DNA from: Klebsormidium nitens
Taxonomy: Eukaryota; Plantae; Klebsormidiophyceae
DNA length: 46,224 nt
Reading direction: 5' to 3'
Assembly (NCBI GenBank): GCA_000708835.1
Contig: DF237602.1
Location: 1-46,224 of the forward strand
Position numbers and translations under genes: made by a program. Of this stretch, positions 31,784 to 44,113 are shown piece by piece; within the stretch, counting starts at the first letter, position 1, and each line of letters starts with the position of its first letter. The notes beneath the pieces are model-generated. The model did no database searches, was not told the origin of the DNA, and saw nothing but the letters and a program-made list of their open reading frames with translations.

Positions 31784-33950
31784 GGATTTTCATCGATGCC
31801 CGCCAATTGGCACCAGGCTGTGGCCCGATCCGGCTGTCTTGACTCTTCATTTCAACCGTCGATTGCATCTACGATGACCAGAATATTCTGGGTTCGCCGT
31901 CCAGATTCGTCCCGGATCCAACGCGCGGAATGATGCCATAGATTTTCGATGACGACACTCTCTCGGGAGTCGGACCCCCCTGCACTGTGAGAGGGCACTT
32001 TGCCTAAAGCTGTCACAGCCTACTAGGTATACCGTAGTATAGCTGGTAGTACTGCAAAGGCGCCTCATGATCACCATGATGGCGGTGATTGCATGAGTTT
32101 TGAAACCACTGAGTGAACCGCCGGGGGAGTTCCAAACTGGATCGGACACACTTCCACACTTCATGATACATGTATGCCATGAGAAGCCTATGACCTATTT
32201 GGCTACGGCGAGTACGAAAAGAGACCATGGGAACTCGGTGGGGAGTTCCGCCATCAACAACTTAGTAACTTGTTCCTGTTCCAGTCTGGCTCGATCGCGG
32301 AATTTTCAAAATGTGGTGCTCTTTGAGCTGCCCAAATTTCACGAGAACTTTGAAGGCTGCTGGACTCACTAAAATGGCCTATTAATTGGACTCCTGATTC
32401 AATATTCCAGATTATGAATCTTGCAGCACGCGATCGGCATAGATCCAAATATCATCCGGCTAGAGTTGATCAAAGTTCGTTTCACAGCACTGCAATACAA
32501 GTGCTAAAGCGCTCTGCAAAAAAGAAGGCGAGCGCCAGCGTAGCGGGGCCTCTACTTTTCGCGCCTTTTTCCACGTTTAACTTCAGTCACGACGGTTCGA
32601 CAGAGGTCCATCACACCAGGCAAACGTCAGCCAACGGAATTGCCACCCGACCAACTACATCGCGAGGGGCCACCGACCGATGCCTCAGCAAAAACGTGCC
32701 GGGTATATTGTAAGTAGGTAGTGAAAGTTGAGATGGTTGAGTGACACAGGCCGACCGGTTCCAAAGAGGCTTACGAAGTGCAGCCGGTTGACCAGAGGAC
32801 AGCCGGCTAGCACTGCCAGCAGGGAGCCAATGCCAAATCAAAACTTCCTGTCGAACGTAGCCTGGTGGTTTGAATCCAGGGGCCACCCCCGGGCCACCTT
32901 GCCAGTTGACCGGACAACTCCAACATGCAAGATACATACCGGTAAACTACGAAACACATGCACCGTTTAGCGTGCTGCCCATGGAGCCGGGTCGCGCCCG
33001 CTTATGCTGAACGACTGCGCGCACATTTGATGCTGCACCCGCCTGTCGCCGGGCTGTCGCCTCGCCGCCTCGAGTCGGCCCCAAGCTTGGGCGCCGCCCC
33101 TACCACTTTCGATTACCTTGCCCGAAGTTAAAAACCTACGAGTCTACCAACAGCTCCCCTCCCTTTCAAAGCTTGCAGTCGTGAGCTTGTGTACTAGTAC
33201 CCAGGCACGTCAAGATTGGTGATTACAGGCAGCTTCCGGTCCGGCCTAACGGTTTATACAGTATGGATATATATTTTCGTTGCGACATCGATCTTGGATA
33301 GCGCTCAGGTGGCAAACGGGGAAAACATTATGCTGGCTGCAATATGTGTTTCAATAACGTACATCGCTCGACTTCTTCTGATCGGAGTTCCCTGCGGATC
33401 TGTATCCAGTGGCGCGCGTTTTTAGCGGTTCCGTCGTTCTAGCTAAAAACGGATAAGATCACTTCCCTTGGCACGTTACGACGTAAGCTGTCAGGACATT
33501 TCTGTGGACCGTCTTCTGCGGATTCTGCGATCTAAAGCCCGTGCATATTGGAGGAGGCATCGATCATGCCATGATGGCATGGTGAAGCAGTGACATTGGG
33601 GGGCAAATTGTGCCATGCTATGTTGCAAGTTGTGATCTTACAGTGCTTTCACGTGAGTATGTGAACAAACTCGACTGTTGCTGCAATTGGAGACGTCTAT
33701 CTTAGGAGGTGTATACGTACCTGGCAGTGCCGGGACGAACTAGGCTACTCTTAGAAGCCTTCAAAACCCCCCGCGATGTCTTTTGAAAAGCGCAGGCGCG
33801 GGCGCGCGCGGCAGTCGAGTTCGAGTCGCGGCTGAGTCAGCGGCTGCATGCGATCCCATAACCGCATGCAGACAGTCTCAAATGAGGCCAGTCGATCGAC
33901 AACAACTTGCAGGACGAAAAGCACAAGCGGAAAGAGGCCTGTTGATCGCA

Positions 33951-35389
33951 ATGGCTCGCTTCACTTTCTTCCTTATCGGCCTTCTCGCCATCGCCGCTGG
34001 TGGTGGTTCTCGTCTACTACCTGCCTCCAAATGCTTACAGCTTCGCGCGCTTTCTGGTTGTTACGACTTTTACAGACGCTATGTCATCATACCAGGTTGG
34101 CGACGGTCGTGAGGCTGCTCTGCTGGCTCATGTCAAGTCTACAGCAACTCTAAACGATCCGCAGTCCGTCCTGGATGCAATTGACAGCTTTGCGTGGTCA
34201 AGCACGTGGCTGGTGAACGTTGGCGATGTGAAGGGGAAGTATTAGACGAGGAGATAGCGAAGCACCAGCCAAAGAGAGCACTGGAAGTGGGAAGCTATGT
34301 TGGTTATTCTGCTGTGAGGATTGCGTCCCAACTGCCGCCTGAAGGGAAGCTCTTTTCCGTCGACTTAAGTCCAGAAAATGTGAAGATAGCCAAAGAGGTG
34401 GTTGCATTTGCGGGGCTCGGTCAGAGGGTGGAGTTCCTTGTGGGTGTTCTTAGCAATGTTACGAAGGTAGGCGTCAGAACACTCCGACCTTTTCCTGCAG
34501 AGATGAATCTGAGAAGCACACAATGATGGAGTGCTGAAGGTCTCAATTAAGTTGAGAACGTCTTCCTCTCCGATTTTAGATCCTATACTTCTCGAAGCTT
34601 TCGAACAGCCTTCCAGTCTAGAGAAGAGGACTTTTGTGCAAATACGAATGCAGACAAATAGGACTCTGGTGCTTGCTCGAACGTTCTCAGGCTTTCAAGA
34701 TTAACCTAGCTGCTCTCCTGCTCATAGCTTTCGCTTGTACCGAGCGTAAGACCAATGCTTCTTGCATCAGCCGCGCAAAAGGGTTCCAAGAAGCAAAGCC
34801 GAATGGAAGCGTCTCTACGCTTGCTGTCTGCACTTAGGTTACATTGATACGGTGTAGAATCCATCTGGTTCACGCTGACTACCGTGAAGGCCTTCATTCC
34901 ACACAAAGACCTTGCTAAACTTGGCTGAACCGTTTGACCTATAAATTCAATCGGATGAACTTCTGAAACTGTTTTCCCAAAATGCATTCTCCTACGACAT
35001 TGAAGCATTTCATCAGATTGAACAGAGGAAGACATGTCAGATATTCTTTTAAAACTCAGCGCTGGAGACCCCGCAGATATTTGGCATCTCTTATCTACGT
35101 GACTCTGTTGCAGGATCTGAAAGCGCGAGCACACAATTTGGACATGGTCTTTCTCGACCACGACAAGTCCTTCTACCTCAGCGACCTGAAGCTCCTCATA
35201 AGCGAAGGGTTTCTGAAGCAAGGCTCAGTGGTTATCGCGGACAACGTCCTGATTCCGGGAGCGCCCGACTACCTGGCCTTCATGGAGGAGTCGAAGGACT
35301 TTGTGACTAAAAAGCACGAGACAGAAGTTGAATACATGAAGCATTTGAAGGACATGGTGACCGTCTCAATTTACCAAGGAGCCACGTAG
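33951..35389 (+). CDS. COMT: Catechol O-methyltransferase-like protein, Mg-dependent animal/actinobacterial type (exons 33951-34466, 35114-35389; two apparent compensating frameshifts near 33994 and at 34233-34236)
   Basis: VGDGREAA, LVNVGDVKG, SAM motif LEVGSYVGYSA, metal/catalytic DMVFLDHDK, ADNVLIPGAPDY and EVEY. Intron 34467-35113 is GT-AG. Distinct from plant caffeic-acid COMT. Confidence 0.85.
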
Positions 35390-37094
35390 AGACAGACTAA
35401 TGTGCTGCACGTACACGTACGTAGACGAGCTCTTGATGTGTACGACAGAGGCCGTTTGGGACCGGTATATGTTCTTATAGATTCCATTCGAAGCGGCTGT
35501 CTAGGTTGGTGACTTTTGCTAGACACGATTGCAGTTTTGCAAGGTAGGCGCAATTGTGGTTTCCTATTTGAATTGTCGTAAAGACAGGGGAAATGTAAAC
35601 GTCCGTATATATAAGGGAAACGAGGTTCGAATTGAGTTGCAAATGGTCACCAGAAAATGACGGGTGCTCGCAATACTCTCAAGGCCCGCAGGCACGGCCA
35701 GGCATAATAGAGTCGCTCTTCTCATGTAAGGAAAATGTCAATAAGTCTCTAGTACAAGCATCCAACTCCGAAATGTAAGATCGTGGGCTAAAACACAGCA
35801 GCATGGAAAGAGGGAAAGAGGCTGGGGTAAATCCAAGCGTACAGATTTGGCATTATATGATGTCATTTAGGGTCGGGCTGCCTTCATGCTTTTTACATTT
35901 TCCCTGCGCATGCTCATGTAAGAAGAATGCCGCATAGCTAAAATTAAGAAGATGCTCACGGCACATAGGGCCCCCAGCGGCTAGTGCGTTTTTGCCCAGT
36001 AAGCGCAGCGTGGCGGGTTTATGCCGCGGGCCGGGGAATGCTCGTTTATGACGCCTTACTCTACATGGTAGCTGAGCATGCAATACATCAATCATGCCCG
36101 TGCCTTCGTTCGACCGTCGTCCGGACACCTTCTTTATGATCCTGATTTCCTGAGTGGTTGGGTTGTTCACATGTAAACATCACCTCGGATGCATCAAGAC
36201 CGTGAATTTGGCAAACGCACCTTGACTTGGCGGCCGCCTTTCAATCAGGGCGGTCTTGAGATCAATGATCATTTCTCATGGTACCCAGCGCCATGGTCCG
36301 ACCGGCGCTACCGTCACATCCGGCGCTACCGTTATACATGCTTGCAACAATGATCTAACCGTCTGGCATGCTGAGAAAGCGTGCATATACTAATGAAGCT
36401 AAGTGTCAAGTAAAACGCCGCTGCGCGCTTGTGTGCCAGCGCCAGAGATACCCATGGCCTTGCATGCCAGGGGTCGGCGGACGTCCGGGATCCGATATCC
36501 GGGTTCCGCACCTGGCAGTCAAAATGGCACTGGCCCTGTCTTGACGTTCATATGATGCAGATACGCAATAGAAAATCACCGAGTCAGGTAGGTGTGCATC
36601 GACCGGCCAAGCAATGTACACTGACCGCGGGCACATTTCCATATTGTGTATATACCTCAGTATGTCCAGCTATATTCTTTGCAGCTTACAAGTCAACGCG
36701 GCGGCCGAGGCTGAGACACAATGAAGTTACGAAATTTCGAATAATTGTAGATTATATAGTCCCCAAACTGAACTCCGAGTTTGCATTTGCCATGCAATAT
36801 GCGTGGACCCCAAGTTGCAAACGGCCATTCCAACCTGATTGAGACGGCAAAAGATTGACAGGCTCCATTTCTAACCCGGGCCCAGTCAAAATTAAGTTTT
36901 CTGTAACCAAGGAGGCACCGCTCAATAAGGTACGTCATCCTGCCACGTCTCTCGGTCTTGCGGCTGACAATGAATCACGTCCGACCTGGTTTCTAGCTCA
37001 AGACAGGCATAGGTCTCGTCAATCCATTCAACAAACATGTACGTGATTTGAATCTACCTTCGAGTGCCTCATATAAACTGGATAGCAAACATTA

Positions 37095-38947
37095 TCAGCT
37101 TACTAACTGAAACTTGGTCGGAGAAGCGGGCGACAGATCCTCGTCCTCGTAGTCACCGTCGTCATACTGGACGCCGTGGAGCTTCGACTTGCTGCTATAT
37201 GACGTCACCAGGCCCTCATACCACGTGTCCTTCAGCACGCCTTTCACGACGCCCTTCTCCCACAGAACCTGTAAGGATGCATCAAATGTCAAAACTTGTC
37301 TGGTAACAACTTTTTATGCTTTCGGAATGAAGGTCATCCTCAGGCATCTCTGGTGGACATAATACAGAAAATCTCAGCACCACGTTTGGAATGTTCCAGA
37401 ATTTGGGGTCAAAAACGTGCTTCGCATCTGTGTTTTTCTACTTTTCCTATGAAGCTTCTGCAGCGAGACTCGTCGTTTGCAGGCTATTCGTGAGTATCAT
37501 TTCTGTGCACTGATGTGCCTCGTGGTCCAAGTCGCTCTGAAGTCTGCGTTGTCGCGAGTGGTTCAAATGCAGGACCCACGAAGCAGCCACGGCCGACCAA
37601 GTATGAGCACCGTCTTGTGGGCACCAAGTTTGAGCATGCGGACTTGGCACTCCCGTGAAGCTCCGACCACAGCGCGGACTAGTCGCTCCACCCAAAGAAA
37701 CGAACGAAACGCACACTGCAGCGGAATGATCGAAATCAGCAGCCCAAAGGCGAGAAACGCAAAGAGCCAGAGAACCAAAGAAAGCAGGGACCCCGGAGTC
37801 TAACCTTTATCCGCTTCCCCAGGTATTCGCTCCCCTCGAGCTCCTGCCCCCCCGCCCTTTTGGCAGCCTTCCCAACCCCCCCACCGGATGCTTTTCGCCC
37901 AGACGCCGTCCCCTCGTTCTCCGCTTTCCGTTTCACCCCCGCCGTTTTTGAAGTCGCCTTTGCCGCACTTTCCGTCTTCTCGGCGCCGCCCTTTGCTTTC
38001 GGCGTTCCTTGAACCTGCCTTTTCGCCGTTGTCTTCACCTTTGAAGGCCCCGTTTTGTCCCCTACCTTCGGGGTCTCCGTCCCATCCCTTTTCGCAGCTG
38101 CTTTGACCTTCTTCGCTCTAGGGGTCGGCTGCTCGTTCACACCAATCTCGGAGACTTCTCCTTCAGTTTGTTTCCTTCCCGTCTTTGGTACCCTTTCTTC
38201 CGCCACCAGAGACGACCTTTTCGCCGGTTTCGGCGTCCGTTTCTCCTCCCCTTTGGCCACCTTCTCCCTCCCTTTTGACGCACCATTCACTTTGGTTTCG
38301 GACACTTTCTTTCCCACTTCCTCTTTGTGCACCTGTTCCATTTTGCCTCCCGAGCCCTCTGTCCTTCCCGCATTCCTCCCCTCAACCGTTGTTCCTGCTA
38401 CTCCCACCTTGCTTTTCTTGACCTTCGGAGTCTCATCGCTCAAGTCTGCCAATCTCTTCATCCCCCTCACCGACGACTCCACCTCCTCCCCCATTTGGGA
38501 CTCCGCTTTCTTGCTTGCCTTTCCCTTCATTCCCTGCGCGTTCGGGGTTCTCGGCGGACTCTTCTGGGTCTCCCTACTTACACCACCTGATACCCCCTTT
38601 GACACCGCTGCTTCCGTGACCCCTTCCGCGCCCTTTGGTGTCGGCGGGGTCAGTTTTGCCGTCTCTGGTTTTGCCACCGGCTGGGACCCCTCTCCATCTT
38701 CCTGTTCAAGCGCCGGCGCAGCTTCTGGGAAAGCAGAACCTGGACCCCCGAGAACGGCGGAACTTTTATTCACCCGAGGGGTGCTTTCGGCCGCCGCCTC
38801 TTCGAGTTTCTCGTCGAACGCGCTGCTGGAGAGAGCAGTGTCAAGGCCGCTGTGAGTGGCATGGTCAGCCGCTGCCGCCCGGGGGCTCAAAACTTTCGAC
38901 ACGAAAGTGCCCACCGAGCGCGCTTGCTCGGTCACAAAGCGAAACAT
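37095..38947 (-). CDS. Lys/Glu/Ala-rich disordered protein with a C-terminal Tudor domain (PDS5/MSH6-type) (exons 38947-37805, 37268-37095; 438 aa; start uncertain)
   Basis: Splice junction gives YLGKRIK|VLW...WYEGLVTSYSSKSKLHGVQYDDGDYEDEDL, the plant Tudor pattern GKRIKVxW...YxGxVxxY...HxVxYDDGDxE. First ATG at 38947; an acceptor at 39015 may indicate an upstream exon. Confidence 0.8.
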
Positions 38948-40947
38948 CGATACGGATTTGGGGGCTTGCGGACCAGGGTGGGAAGACCCAACAAGGGTGA
39001 TTGTTGGTTTGCACCTGGAAGTGACAGAGGGGGGGTGCTTGACGGGTGGGTGGATCAACAGGAAAAGGCTCTGCTGATAAGAGGTGGGTTTGATTGCAGG
39101 GGGCTGATTCCTATCAGAAACCTGATAGAGAGAAAGGGGTTTTGTTGAAGGGATGGGATCTGGTTCAGAGTTGTAGCAATGTGGGGGGCTCTGCTTTAGG
39201 GGGGGTGGTTAAAGGAAAGGCTTTGAGAATCCCAGTGACAGTTACATCCCTCTACTTCCGCTATAATAAACTTGCGGCACCGCGCAATCTGGCTCCTCGA
39301 ACCAGGGAGGGATGCAGTGCCAACTGAAACATGGAGCAGTGGCGATACCTGGAGACAGAGAAAAGCACCGCTTGAGTCTGGTTCTTATTTGAGAAGGTAG
39401 TCTTTCAGTACTTGGTGTAAGATTTGCTCATCTCTGTCAAGTTTTGCCCTTTCCAGCACAAGTTTTTGCAGATATCGAATTGCTTTTTGGCAATGCACCT
39501 TTCTGGAGAAACGGAACCTCGTCGCAACTGCAATCTGTTGCAGCTACCATGTGACATGCTGGCGGCAGCCAATGTATGATGCAGGTGGCGAGTAAATGAT
39601 GTCTGGTAAACACAAGCGCTTCATCTTCCCACCGCACTTGCATTCCGCACCCAAGGAGTGCTCTGGGAGTGCTTGATTCAGTGCCCTAACTTTTCTTTGT
39701 GTACCAAAATGTGCAGCTGGTGAGGCACGATCAACGGGAGAGCCAGAAAGTCACAAGATAGGCCCAAGAAACACAATGTCTCTGCTAGGAGTTGCCGCTC
39801 TCATGTGTGTCTGCTCAGACACACAATCAACAGTGACAGAAGTATAACTAATCATGGAGAGTGCCCGACGTGCAGCTTGGTTTCAGCTGCGAAGAAGCTC
39901 CTCGTTTATTCGAATTGGAAGATTGCGCTACCGAGAAGTGCATGCTGTGCTGAAATCAGCAGCTCCCGAAGCTTACGTTTGTCTGCTCACCTGAGAATCT
40001 ACACTTTGATACTCCGCCGCATTGACTGCTCCGGTGCCCACTTAATGCAATGAGGAGAATACTTCAAAGACAGTATCTGAAAGATGTACCTTCTCATGGA
40101 CCCTCAAACGCGCTTGTTGCCGGACAAAATGCAAATGTGCTTCACAGCATGCGGCGAAGCCTCCAATCGAACCGCCCTTCCTTTGGTGTACCTCTCCTTG
40201 CTGGAGGGCTTTCCAGCTGAGCCCTCAACACCACGATGGTTGGTGTGACCGTTTGGTGTCAATGTTGCCAGGCAAGCATAGTCATCGGTGTGCGCGCCCG
40301 ACCAATCGAAGTCGGCGGAGTACTGGCCAGGCGCCCTATGGAACATGCATGTCCGGGCACAAACTCGAATCGGGTTCCTCTCAAAATCCCCGGTTTATGA
40401 CACTACCGTGTGCATGATGACTGTGATCTAGCATCGTTGAGGATGCAAGCGGCTCTGACCATGCTGCCAGTGCTGGTTGGCAACCCCTCACAATCTCGTT
40501 CTAAGCCTCCCTTGCATTGAAGCAGCTTACAGTGGGTATACATGACCGGATTCTAGCTCCATTGAAGTCATGCAGTTGCACTTGCACCGCCAATTGAAGC
40601 TGTGTATCACGACATTACTATGCATGATGCATATTCATTTGTGAGGATGTGCTCTTCACTATGCAACGGCAGGCTTGGAAAGGACAACGAAGGATTTTGA
40701 GATATGAATGGAACCGTCCACACTCCCAGATTGCAGTTCTTGGTCACGTGTACAAAGGAGTTCCACTGTAGAACCGTTGTTATATGCAATGATGCCGCCC
40801 AAGCAAGACGCGACCAGGCTAGTCAAGGGATTACATTTAATATTTTGGCCAATGCAAATCCTCACAGTGCCTTCATAGTATGGCCGTGCAAGTGGCGGAC
40901 GTTCGATTGTTGGGCCCATCACGTCACGTCAACTGATGAAGGCACTG

Positions 40948-43900
40948 TTACAAAGATGTTAACGTCCGTTTGGGGGGTGTCTCCTCAACAACCTTTTCGT
41001 CTCCATCTTTCCAATCTTGTAAGGTGGTGTCTAGTTTCTCTCCAAGTGTGGCAATCCATGCTTGGTCTTTTGGAACAAAGCCTCGAACGGTATCAGTCGC
41101 TGCTAGCAATAATCCTTCGTCGCCTAGAGGCTGCACTATCAAGCCCTGCATGAAAGGGCAACCCGCTGTTGAGTAGAGCAATCAGATTGTTGTTGCAGTA
41201 CGACAGCAGATACTTCAGATACTCCGGAGTTCAAGGTAAGAAACTGACTGTTCTTCTTAGACAGCTAGACGAACGAGCGGAAACTCGAACAAGGGCACTG
41301 CATCCACTTAGCTTCCGAACCAAGCGAAAGAAGCCGGACAGATTGATTGGCAAAAACTCTCAATCGGAGTAGTTTCAAACTAGCGACCAAGCGGAAAAAG
41401 ACTCGAAACGTCTGCTGGTTGTCTGGCGAAACGCAAACACGAATGGCACCGTCCAAGCATCACACTACCTTTCTCGAGTTGATCCGTTTCGGCGCCAATC
41501 TCCGAATCAACCAGTGTCTCAAGCAATCAATGTCTTGATTTCTTCTCCTTTCAGAATGAAGTGCAATCTGTGCTTCCGCGAAGCTTTTATTCCCTTGAAA
41601 GTTGACCGACTAATTGAAGGATCATCAAAAAGGATCATCAACATCAACACACCTGTAGAACAGACATCGCTTCCCTTTACGTGCAAAGGTATTCTTCTGA
41701 TGTCATGTATCAGACTCTTATATGAACACTCCCTGAAACATCCCTCCAAATGTCGCTCGAAATCTTCACCTGCGTGTTCTCCGGAAGGAACCCCAGAAAC
41801 TCGAATCGTCCCGGGAACAGCGCCAGATTCGCGAAGTAGTTTGCTTTTCCCGCTCGAAGCACAGCCGACGAGATTTTTCCCCGCACTAGTTCGGAGGCGT
41901 CAATCTCGGCGGCTTCGTCGGCCCTCTCAGAAGCCCGGGCGGCGCCCGCTTGGAGGGCGACCTTGTTGCGGTAGATTACCACGAGAGCCCGGCATCTGGT
42001 CGCCCTTTGCAGCAGGTCCCACGCCCTGATAAAGTAGCAGAGGAGGGCTGTGACAATTGACTGACTTTGCTTCGGATGAAACTCGAGATCGGAGGAGGAA
42101 CGATTTTTGTTAGTCGGGCTATACCTTGCTCGCTATTCAAGTTCAGATATGAGTACTTGTATCGACGTTCTGCTTCGACGATACTGAAAGCAGCGGCTTA
42201 TGGTAAAGAATGGTCCGGCTTCCAATTTTGCGGATGGCTCGCCAGAAGCGCTCTAACGTGCCCCCTCCCAGCTTACAGTAAGCTTGACCGAAGCTCAAGA
42301 TTGCCCGTCTCCGGATTACAGATGGCTCACCATAGGAGCTCGCCCTTCGCTGCTTTCGGTAGCGACGGGCTTACGCGGAGGCACGGCACGCCGTCTAGTT
42401 CGACGGACACCGTCGGCCGGGACCGGATCGATCTCCAGACGAGCCCCGTGAGCAGTAGCGTCGCGGCGAGGACCAACACCAGGACGTCCGCACGGGACTG
42501 CGCGCTGCAGATGAAAACTTTGGAATCAGTCTCGGGCACTTTCAAACTGGCACATAAGATGTTGCACGGCCAGTCTGCAATTCATCAGGTGCGAAATCGA
42601 TTGGAGTGGACGATATACCCTACTCCCCGCCTTTGCGGTGGCTATCGAACACTTTGTTGAAAACAACATCTTGGGTGCGAGGTTCAAGGGCCCGAGAGTT
42701 GCTTCCGAAACGCGCACGTCCTTCTGATCTCGTCTTACCGACCCCGCAGAATTGGATGTTTTGATCTCCGAGAAGAAGAGGCTGACAACGACTTGACGCT
42801 CGGAGGAGCATGGCTTGCGGGGTTGTGAGATGAACGACAAAGCAAACGAAGCGGAACAAAAAGCGCTCCAGCATGGCTTGCGAAGTTGAGAAACGAACGA
42901 TAAAGAACAACAAAGCGGAATAAGAAGCGATGTAGAAATCTATGTTCACCTGCTTGCGTCAGCAACGGCCGCGATCCCTGAGACTGCCCGGTTGAGAACC
43001 ACCAGCAAGCCCCCGACTCCGCCCGCGATCAATGGCAGGGCCCGCACCGTCCCCTCGTTCTCCACAAAAAAGTCCCGCTCCTCCGGGGGAGCCCCACTTT
43101 GATCGGCGGATGCCTGGAGAAGAGCGGCGACAATCATGTCTGACTTGGACACGAACAGTCGATCTTCTGACCTGCTGTATTGCAGTCGGTTACTCTATCG
43201 TCCCTCCTTAACCCGTACTAGGCATGTCGACCACGTTGCAATACAAAGCAGAGTTTCTTCTTCAGATAGAAGCCCGAGGCTCGGTCCGTTTCCTTGGAAG
43301 CGGGAATTCGACTTCTGATGCACTTTTGAGTCAAGCAGCCTTGAAACCTTGATCCTTTGAGGATTTATAATTATACAGGGACAACCTTCAATGAGACATA
43401 CGATTTGGGCCCCGCAGCTTTTTGAGTAGGCTTCGACGTCTGACGATTTCGAAGCAGCCAGCGTATTGGGCGCAATCCAAAGTCGGAGGAAAATTACGTT
43501 CAAGATGAGCATGTCACGCTTCTCGAATGTTATTGCGTGAGTTTGAAGGAGACATAAGCAGGAAAGGCCCCTGGGTGAGTCTTTTCCGGGCTGAGATATC
43601 AACAAGAACGGGCTAACTCACCAAGACAAGGTTCAGTGCCAACGGGATAGTATGTAATGGAAGAGGGGCTTACCCGGCACAATGACAACCTCCGTCTGAC
43701 GCTCTTTCTGCCAGGGTTCTGATTGCTATCGTGACTTGTCTGGAATGGTGTCAATTGCGCATTGGGCCAGACGAACGTCGGCAACTGCGGTCTCAACAGA
43801 GGTCGTGTCCAACAAGAGCATCTGTGCAGAGAAGGAAGAACGAGACCATCAAGACTTGAAGATCTGCCCGAAACATAGGAGCTACGGTTTTCCCCCTGTG

Positions 43901-44113
43901 CGTTGACTGGGGCTTATCGGCCAGAACTGGCAGAGAATGTCAATGCATCAGTTTAAGTAGGAAAGTCCAAGCAACAGTCCAAGCATTTACTACAATGATA
44001 TAAGAGGGCAAAGACATGTTCTTCTCTTGCAAGCAGTAGAAGCACATCTGGAACCAAAAAGCGGACCTGGTCAAGATCCGGAGCAGAAGCGCATGATGGG
44101 TGAGCAGAAGCAT
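40948..44113 (-). CDS. CCB4: Cofactor assembly of complex C subunit B CCB4, cytochrome b6 heme ci assembly (exons 44113-44067, 43821-43674, 43113-42950, 42504-42331, 42025-41770, 41145-40948; 328 aa)
   Basis: NRAVSGIAAVADASSAQSRAD, LLTGLVW, ELLWAW, YFANLALFPGR and QPLG...RGF...DQAWIATLGEKLD match plant CCB4 as I recall it. Phases are consistent (987 nt). The two transit-peptide exons are less certain. Confidence 0.92.
42807..42929. repeat. Degenerate 63-bp tandem duplication in a CCB4 intron
   Basis: Units start agcatggcttgcg at 42807 and 42870 and share gaacga.aaag and aagcggaa. Confidence 0.8.

Noticed and set aside
32858-32887. tRNA/SINE-like motifs (TAGCCTGGTGG and GGTTTGAATCC)
   Set aside because: The A-box-like and B-box-like strings overlap, each has a mismatch, and no cloverleaf can be built.
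36302-36332. 13-bp direct repeat ccggcgctaccgt and transposon-end-like sequence nearby
   Set aside because: No terminal inverted repeats, target-site duplication or transposase could be identified.
40104-40346. Minus-strand ORF between CCB4 and the Tudor gene
   Set aside because: No ATG start or recognisable motif, and I could not link it by splice phase to either neighbour.
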